From Hyaloraphidium curvatum SAG 235-1 (taxonomy: Eukaryota > Fungi > Monoblepharomycota): 64,000 nt of DNA. The position numbers were made by a program, and so were the translations under genes. Positions 56,468 through 64,000 of this stretch are shown piece after piece. Where the stretch lies: positions 62,001 to 126,000 of the forward strand of contig JAIVFI010000004.1 in the NCBI GenBank assembly GCA_025558095.1. Direction: 5' to 3'. The notes beneath the pieces are model-generated. The model had not been told where the DNA came from and did not search any database. It worked only from the letters and a program-made list of their open reading frames with translations. Each line of letters opens with the position of its first letter. Position 1 is the stretch's first letter.

Positions 56468-59400
56468 AATGAAAAGGCTTGGAGGCGTCGCTCGATGGCG
56501 GCGGCGGCGGGTGCAGCGGGGCTGCCGGGGAGACCGGCGCTCGGGTTCGCGGGCGGGCGCGGCCTGATGCGCGGCGGCGGCGGGCAGACGGCGCCGGCGC
56601 CGAACGGATCTCGCTGCGCCGGGGCTATGTACCGCGGGGGAGGGGGAGGGAAGGCCTGCCGGCGGCGGGGGGTCGCGGGAAGGGGCTCGAGGTGTGGGAT
56701 TGGTTTGGCGGCGACCTGCCGCAAGTTGAACCGCAAGGTTGAAGGTCGGCCGACCGCTGACCAGACCGATCGACCAACCGACCGCTCCAAGCCAACAAGG
56801 TGATCCCGATCCCGAGCGGAGACCGCGGAATGGCAGCACAGCAAAGAAGTGTTCCGATCCCGGGGTCTGCCCGCTGCCTCGTTCCTGCCCGCCGAAGTCA
56901 CAATGTCGCTCCGTCCTTTGTAGTTGATTGCCCAACCCATAGATGCCGAGCCGACCCGCTTCGCCCGTGGGATCCTGCGAGCGTCGATGGTGGTGAGAAG
57001 GAGTGGGCAGGATGCCGGGTCCGCGTGTTTTGTCCCCGTGCCATTGCTGCGGAAAGGCAAGGTCCGACTCCTCGTGCCCCGGCAGATGCCATCAGAAGTC
57101 CGCATCGGACGAGGTAGCAGCTGGACCTGTCCGAAAGAAAGCCGGCCGCTATGTTCCCAGGGGTTGTTGAGAAAGCGGAAGCCGGGCCGAGTCGTTGGTG
57201 CGGCGCCGCCCGGTGGGCGTCCTGGAGTTCGCCCGCGCAAGCGCACCATCGCGCGCTCCGGGAGGGCGAGATAGCAATCGGCGTCCGTAGACGTCCACTT
57301 CAATAGGCGAACCGAGCACAGGGTCTCAACCCGACCAGGGAAGGGGTCGCAAAGGTCCCTGTGACGACTACTTGACCTTCGATGCGATGTTACTGTGATG
57401 CAGATGACAAACATTGTTCAGACATATTCGTTGCATGGCAGATATCAGACGCATATTTACACCAGGAGACCTCGGCAGGCGGATGTCCACGGCCGCACTC
57501 CGACTCCGACTCCGACAGCCCCGCGGCCTAGTCGAAGAACAAATACTCCATCCAGTCCTCCTCCGAGCCCGCGTCTCCGTGAGGCAGAACGGGCTCCGCG
57601 TCGGCCTGCCCGAAGGCAGGCTCGCCCGGCACCGGGCCGGGGCGAGGGTTATGACCGGGCTCTTGGGGGGGCACGTCGCGCTCGTTGAAAGGAGGCGCGT
57701 CGTACCCCGTGGCTTGCTCGTTCGGCTCGGCGTCGGAAAGGGGTTCCGCGCGCCCCTTGCCCTTGGCCGAGGTGGCGCGGGGCGCTGGGGGTTCGTCCGT
57801 GTCGGCAAGGCGCGAGTAGCGGAGGATCGAGGAGGAGTTGGTCGGCCCTGTTCGGAAGAATGCGTCAGCATGTCGACCGGAGCCCGCGCAAGAGTGCGGG
57901 ACATACGGGGCAAAGCCGGGCGGCTGGGCCCTCCGACGGCAGTCGATCCCGCGAGCGCCAGGCTGAGAGCGCGGCTTGGAGCTGCGCGGAAAGGCCTGGT
58001 CAACGAGTCTCCCGTCACCAGCGGGAAGGAACGCACTGAGCGAAGGCGGGTCGGCATCGCCGGTATCGCCCATCGGTGCGGGGGCCGAGGGCGGGTCGTA
58101 GAGGGTCGAGGAGCCAGTGCTCGGGGCTGCGCGGGACAGGTCGGAGCGGATCGGTCGGAGCTCGGCTGGTCGCCGGCGGGCGAACGCACCGGGGGAGTAC
58201 AGGCCGCTGGGTCCGCAGTTGTCGGCGAGCTGAGCGGCCTCCAGGGCGACTGCCATGTCGAATGTGAGCTCCATCTTGTTTTGGAAGGCCAAAGGGTAGT
58301 CCCCTGTACCGAGGGCAGGTCAAGCCGATTGCGGGCGATCGAGGCGGCGAAGGGCTCACCTGGCCACTCGTGGCCGTTGTTCGCTTCCTCCCGATCCTTG
58401 ATGGCGAGATCTCCAATGAACGCCCTCTCTTCCGCGTCCTCGTCCTCGGAGAACTCGATCACTTCGAGGATCCGCAACCCGTCGGGCGCGGGGTGGCAGC
58501 CACGGAAGCTGACGTCTCTGTCGGGAGAGTGTTCGCCTGTTTGCCGCGGGGTCAGGTGCGCCCAGGGTGAGCGGCGAGCGACGGACCTCGCCCGACCTCG
58601 CCTTCTTCCCCGTCCTCGTCCTCGTCCTCGGTGAACTCCATCACCTCAGGCTCGTGCCTTGCGACGGGCTTGCGGCCCGCTTTGGGGCCGGGCCGGGCCT
58701 TGCTCGCCATTCCGGGTGTCCCGGCGTCGAAAATATCCGTCGTATCCACGATACCGGGCGGGAACAAGGCGCGGGAAACGGGGTTGGGGACGATTGGCGC
58801 TGCGCGGCGAGAAATCAGCGGATCGTGCGGAAAGACGGCGCGCGGACCGTGCCTGCGGCAGCCTGGCGGCTGTTGCGGCGCTGGATCCACAGGTGGTAAG
58901 CAAGCCCGCGGTCTTCCTCGTCGACTGCTCGGCGAAAGATCAGTTCGACCCAAAGGGTAAGCGGGCTGCCCACCTTCCCCTTCCGCGACCGGCAGCCCGC
59001 AGTTCCGCCGTAACCACACGGGCATCTGCGTGACCTCTTCCTTGTGCATCTTGGTGCTCGTGTGCGCGTCGTACGTGCTCGTCGTCGAGTGGAGCGTCCC
59101 GCAGGCGACGCACCTGAGGTGGCCGCCGCCGGCCGAGTGGCAGTGGTAGCCTGCCAGGTGCTGCCGCACGTCGTGCATCGAGTCGACCTCGCCGCGGCCC
59201 TGTGTGTCCCCGGCGGGTACGACGCCGTCGGCTTTGCGGCAGTCGGGGCACGGTGCCGGGTCCGCCGAGGGGGTGGCGAAGGAGCAGAAATGGCCGCCCA
59301 GCTTCTTGCCGCACCTGGGGAAGCGCGGCGGACCCACATGCCCGGCATGTTCATGTGATCCTGCGCGTAGTGCTTGACCAGCTCGCACGGGATGTGGTTC

Positions 59401-61220
59401 GTCGGGATTCTCTCGGTGGTGACGCCGGTATGCCACTCGCGGGCGTGCCGGGGGGTGAACTGCACGAAGGAGGTGGTCCCGGGGACCCGCGGCGCGCGTC
59501 GGGCGCCGGCCGCCCGGTCGTGCCCGCCGGCCCGCGCTTTGCTCCTTGTGCCGCCCACGCTGCCGTCCGCGCGGACCCTAATTACCTCGACGCGCTCCTG
59601 CTCGGCGCACTTGCGCATGGCCTTCTTGCAGCAGTCAGGCCCGTCCTTGGGGCAACGCCCGGGGGCCAGCACGGGGTTCGGAGCGGGGGCGGTCTTGGCC
59701 TTCTTGGCGCGCTCGTCGGGCTTCTCGGAGGCTGGAAGTTCGTCGGCACGGCGCTTGGCGGGGCGCTCGGCCTGCTCGGGCAGGGCAGGGACGGCCTTGA
59801 GCGTGACGGCCGGCTCGAGGGCGGCGGGGGCGGGCTTGGTGCCCACACGGGCAATACGGCGCGTCCCGGTGGCAACATGAGTCGCAGCAGCGTCGAGAGG
59901 TTGCCCGAAGCCGAATGCGGGGGCTGAATGGGGAGCGAGGGCGTGCTCGCCCTCGCGATGGCCGGCCACGTGGGCTGTGGGGCCTTGGGTGTCGGCAGCG
60001 GCCGGAAAACCCGCAGACGACGCGGCTGGGTGACCGGCAGGCCCAATGACGGGCGTAGGCGGGGATACGGCGCGCCCTGCGGGGCCGGGAGGTCAGAACG
60101 TGCCGGGGGAGTCTGGGAGGCACAGGGCCACCTTCATCAACAGCGGTGGCCTGCTGCACCGGGCCATCGAGGCCATCGGGCGGGGTTCCGTGCGCCGCGG
60201 GGAAGGCCGGGTCGACATCGGCCGCCGGAGGGGCACGAGGGGTGCCATCGTGCGGGGGGTGCGGCGACCGACCGACTCCTGCGCGAACACGGCGGGGCAA
60301 TTCCGGCGCGCTCCCGACGACTCCGCCGGAGCGAATCCCACCGGCAATAGCTTTCTTGGTCATAATGAAAAGGCTCTCAGGCGTCCGCTCGATGGCCGCG
60401 GCGGCGGGTGCCGCGGGGCAGCTGGGCGACGGGCAGCGAGCTCGGCAGAGGGCGCGGCCTGATGCGGGCCGGCGGCGGTCAGCGAGCGCCCGGGCCGAAC
60501 GGATCCCGCTACCGTGGGTCCACATACCGCGGGGGAGGGGCAGGGGAGACCTGCCGGCTGCGGGGCGTGCGGGAAAGGAAGCTGATTGGTTTCGAAAGAT
60601 CTCTCAAGGTTGGCCACCGCTAACTCGACACCACAAACCGTCGTCGACCGAAGGCCGGCGCTCCAAAGACGGAAAACGGCATCCCGATAGCAGATGAACA
60701 GAATAGCTGCACATTACAGTACTCTTCCGATCCGCGGCCTGGCCGCTGCCTCTTGCCTGCGCGTCCAGCTTACGCATCCGGTCGTTGGCATAAGTCGAGT
60801 AGCACTGCCAAATGGACCTCGTTGCTCTGAATTCCAGCGAATTCCAGCGAGAATTGATGATCGCGGGCGAGATTCGGCATGCTGCCGGGTCCCGGTATAC
60901 GTGCCCGCGCCGTTGCCGTAGGAAGGTCGGACTTGCGCCCGGCCAAACGAAATAGTTAGAAGTCCGCATCGGAAGAGGTAGCAGCGGGCCCGTCCGGTAG
61001 AAAGCCGGCTGCGATGTCCCCAGGGGTCGTTGAGAAGGCGGGTCGAAGTCGTTGGAGGAGACAGCCGCCGCCGGCTTGTGTTCGTCCACGCAACCGCACC
61101 TGTGCGTGCTCCGGGAAAGCGAGAAAATTCTCGGCGTACGACGACGCCAACTTCAAAACGCGAACCGAGCACAGCGTCTCAACCCCGAGCAGGAAAGGGG
61201 TCTCAAAAGGTCTGTGTGAC
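54700..61220. repeat. Diverged direct tandem duplication: ~54.7-57.37 kb and ~57.7-61.22 kb, including ~0.9 kb of upstream DNA
   Basis: Shared anchors cataatgaaaaggct (56465/60361), agaagtccgcatcgga (~57094/~60958), gcgaaccgagcacag (~57307/~61160). Confidence 0.85.
57528..60363 (-). pseudogene. Zn-finger family paralog B; frameshift near 59315-59337 unless a 23-nt intron is spliced
   Basis: CPDC..HLAGYH, LRCVACGTLH..HTSTKMH; homologous to 34125-35564 and paralog A. Confidence 0.5.
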
Positions 61221-61343
61221 TGACTTTCTGCTGCGCCGCCGCGCTGAAAGGTTGACATTCTCGTCCTACCCGGCCGGCAGCAGATCTCCGCTGCATACTG
61301 GAGTCTTTCCTCGCCGTTTTGGAACCGAGCCCGCGCCGCCGCA

Positions 61344-64000
61344 ATGGAGGACCCGCCCTTGCGGCCGGCGACGCCGCCGCGCACCCCGCCGCAGCCCACG
61401 ACCTCGAACGAATCCCTCGCCGACCCGGGTCCCGCGCCCGCCGAACCGGCGCAATTCCCCGGTTTGGGAACGGGGCGGCCCCGCGACCAAATCCCGGAGC
61501 ACGATTCCCGCGTCGAGGCACCGATGGAGCTGGCCCTGCCCCGTAGCGGCGACCAAGGACCGCTGGCAGCCGACTATTCGAACACGGACTACTGGCGCAG
61601 CAGGCTCGCGGGACAGACACACCTACACGCGACAAAGGAGTTTATCGGGGACAGCGACAGCGTGATCCGCGCGCTCTCGGAGGCGTTGAAGGGGAACACG
61701 ATGCTGAGGTCCTTGCTCCTGCCCCGGAATAACATCGGGCCCGAGGGCGCTCGTCAGCTTGCGGAGGCCCTGAAGTGGAATTCAGTGCTTAAAGACCTGG
61801 ACCTGAGCGGAAACTCCATCGGGGACGTCGGCGCCACTGCGCTCGCAGAACTTTTGAAGGGGAACACGGCGCTGTTTTCCTTGGGCCTGGCGGCGAACTC
61901 CATCGGGCCCGAGGGCGCTCGCGCACTTGCCGAGGCGCTGAAGGGGAAGTCGGTGCTCAGGTCCCTGACCCTGTCCCAGAACTCCATCGGGCACGAGGGC
62001 GCGGGCGCGCTTGCCGAGGCGCTGAAGGGTAACTCCGTGCTCGAGAAACTGGACCTGCACGGAAACTCCATCGGCGACGACTGCGCCAGCGCGCTCGCAG
62101 ACCTTCTGAACCGGAACAAGGGGCCACCGAAAAGACTGCGCTCGGCCCGCCAGCAGTCCTCCGGTGGGTGGCATCCCGGATGCGTCGTGTGAGGCCATTA
62201 GCGAGTGCTTGATAACCTCCGCCGCCGCAGAGGACTCGTCAGGCTCGCCCGCCTCGGGGTTCCCGCCGCCCGACGAGCCGCAGTACGCCGTCTACCTCAT
62301 CTCGGCGGGCGGCCGCCCCGGCTTCGGCCGCGTGCACCGTTCGCTGCCCGCAGTCACCGCAGACACATGGCCCGCCGTGCACGCGGTGCTCGCTGCCTCG
62401 CGCCAGCCGGGCTGGCCGACCGACCTCACCGCCCTCCTGGAGAAGCTGCCGTCGTGCTGCTTCTACAAGTGCGCGCCGCACGTGCTGCTCTTTGCGCCCG
62501 CAGGTGGCGAGGGCCAGCTGCGCTTCGTGTCGGTCTTCTGCCACCCTGGCCTGCACGAGGGCGTGCCCGACGGCAACATGAGCAAAGGGCCCGCGGGCAA
62601 TTACACCCGCCACCGTAACTGCACGCCCGACAAGTGCGCGTGGGACCGCCGCCCCAACGTACGCACCGATCCGTCCGCCGCGTCCGCGATCGCGCGCTGA
62701 TGCACCATCCTTACGCAGGACCCGCAGCTGCTCAGGGTCGTGCCCCCCGCCAGGACCCGGACCAAGAACCCCTCACGCGCGCGGGACCGCCGCGCCCGCC
62801 GGCGCGACGACGACGACAGCGACTACGACGGCCGCAACGGCCCGCACCTCCTCGACGTGTACGCCGCCCGCACGGGCAGCTCTTTGTTCCCCAGCCCGAC
62901 CAGCCCCGCCAACCCCGTCGGGTACCACGCCTCGGGGGATCTCGCCGCCTCGCCGCACCCTTTCTCGACCTACCCCACCGCGGCACCCAGCCCCCCGAGC
63001 GCAGGCCACGGCCACTTCGGCTACGATCGCAACCTTCAGCACCCGGCCACCGCCCCGTATCCCGCGCGGGATGCCGGGCGACTGAAGAGCTCTGCCCAAG
63101 GCGATGGCGCGGCGGCAGCGGCCACCTACGAGGTCGACCCCCAGTACACCGACTCGGTCGAATCCGCCGTCGGCTCGGCCCCTGCGCCCGCGGTCCCGCC
63201 CCTGCCGCCCCCCGTGCCACCGCAATTCAACGGCTCGCGAACGTGGCGCCCCCGCGGCGAGAACGCGGGGCACGATTCCCGCGTCGACGCGGCGTTCGCG
63301 CTGGGCCCGCTGGGCCGGCCGCCGGAGGGGTGGGGCTTCGTGTACTTTGCCGAGAGGACGACAATGGTGCCGCACATCGTCAGGGAGCACGCGGGGAACG
63401 TGGATGATCCGGAGAGGGTGAGGCTGACCTGCGGGAGGTGCGGGAAGCAGTACCTAGGTGGGTGGGCCGCGGCGTCGCCTGATCCTCTGGAGATCTGACG
63501 AACTTCCTGCCCGTCATTTTCCTGGTTTGGACGTACTTTGGATGCAGGCGAGCTCAAGGGGAGCACTTTCATGAAGGACCACAGCACGCCGGGGACGTGC
63601 TTCAACATGGTCCCGCGGACGCGCAAGCGTAGGCGTCCCGCGGATCCCTCCTCTGCGTCTTTGCCCGCGCCCGGCGGACCGAGGACGCCCACACCGGAGG
63701 CCACCGAATCCCGCCGCATTCGCACCGGCTTTTCGGAGGGCTTCGGGGACGTCGGGCGCGACGCCATGGGGATGGCGAAGTCGGGGAGTGCGCGCGGCAG
63801 GGAGAAGCCCGAGTCTTTGCCCAGTTCGGATTTGGAACACCTGCTGACCCTGCCGGAGCGATCCGAGAGCCGGACGTGGCCCGCGAACCTCGCCGTCGAG
63901 CCGCTCGACCCGGCCGGAAGGGAGGGCCTGCCCGCGTTCCTGAGCCCGCCGCTTCCGCCGGACAACAACATTCACCTGCACCGCCTGCTGGAGCTCTCAC
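61344..64000 (+). CDS. Chimeric protein: RNI-like LRRs followed by Cys/His-rich and low-complexity regions; runs off window
   Basis: Five 28-aa LRRs; introns 62164-62230, 62659-62718 and ~63458-63547 keep one frame; CGRCGKQYL..DHS..C; RKRRR. Confidence 0.7.
61674..62108 (+). repeat. 84-bp tandem repeats encoding RNI-like LRRs
   Basis: LAEALKGNxxLxxLxLxxNxIGxxGA unit, 5 copies. Confidence 0.9.

Noticed and set aside
54400-61250. Duplicated block as a TIR or LTR transposon
   Set aside because: No terminal inverted repeats, target-site duplication, transposase or RT motifs found by eye
1-64000. tRNA, rRNA or other structured RNA genes; bacterial origin of the contig
   Set aside because: No RNA gene recognisable by eye (tRNAscan/Infernal needed); pervasive spliceosomal introns exclude a prokaryote

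Overview
GC-rich, gene-dense eukaryotic DNA with many short (~55-130 nt) GT-AG introns carrying CTRAC-like branch points. A Zn(II)2Cys6 factor, DHA1 MFS transporters, a hybrid histidine kinase and a TKL kinase point to a fungus, most plausibly an early-diverging chytrid/monoblepharid-like lineage (inference). I reconstructed about 35 genes by hand-splicing; most long ORFs in the supplied track are GC-rich antisense shadows. The window opens with the probable 3' end of an RLE-type non-LTR retrotransposon and closes in a rearranged region of duplicated zinc-finger genes and an LRR chimera. Most notable: (1) an intronless Cys-less (Pro-loop) pentameric ligand-gated ion channel, a family classically considered absent from fungi; (2) a signal-peptide-bearing atypical protein kinase with an (S-G-E-D)n tail; (3) a head-to-head glycerol kinase/aquaglyceroporin pair (eukaryotic glpFK analogue); (4) a 2-nt micro-exon in the SCP2-thiolase; (5) a bacterial-type NeuD/PglD acetyltransferase; (6) a divergent receptor-like protein/ankyrin-TKL kinase pair; (7) a Costars-LIM fusion; (8) tandem Zn-finger paralogs with different lesions at the same intron/exon. 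All family calls are from motif recognition, not database searches; exon boundaries are manual.
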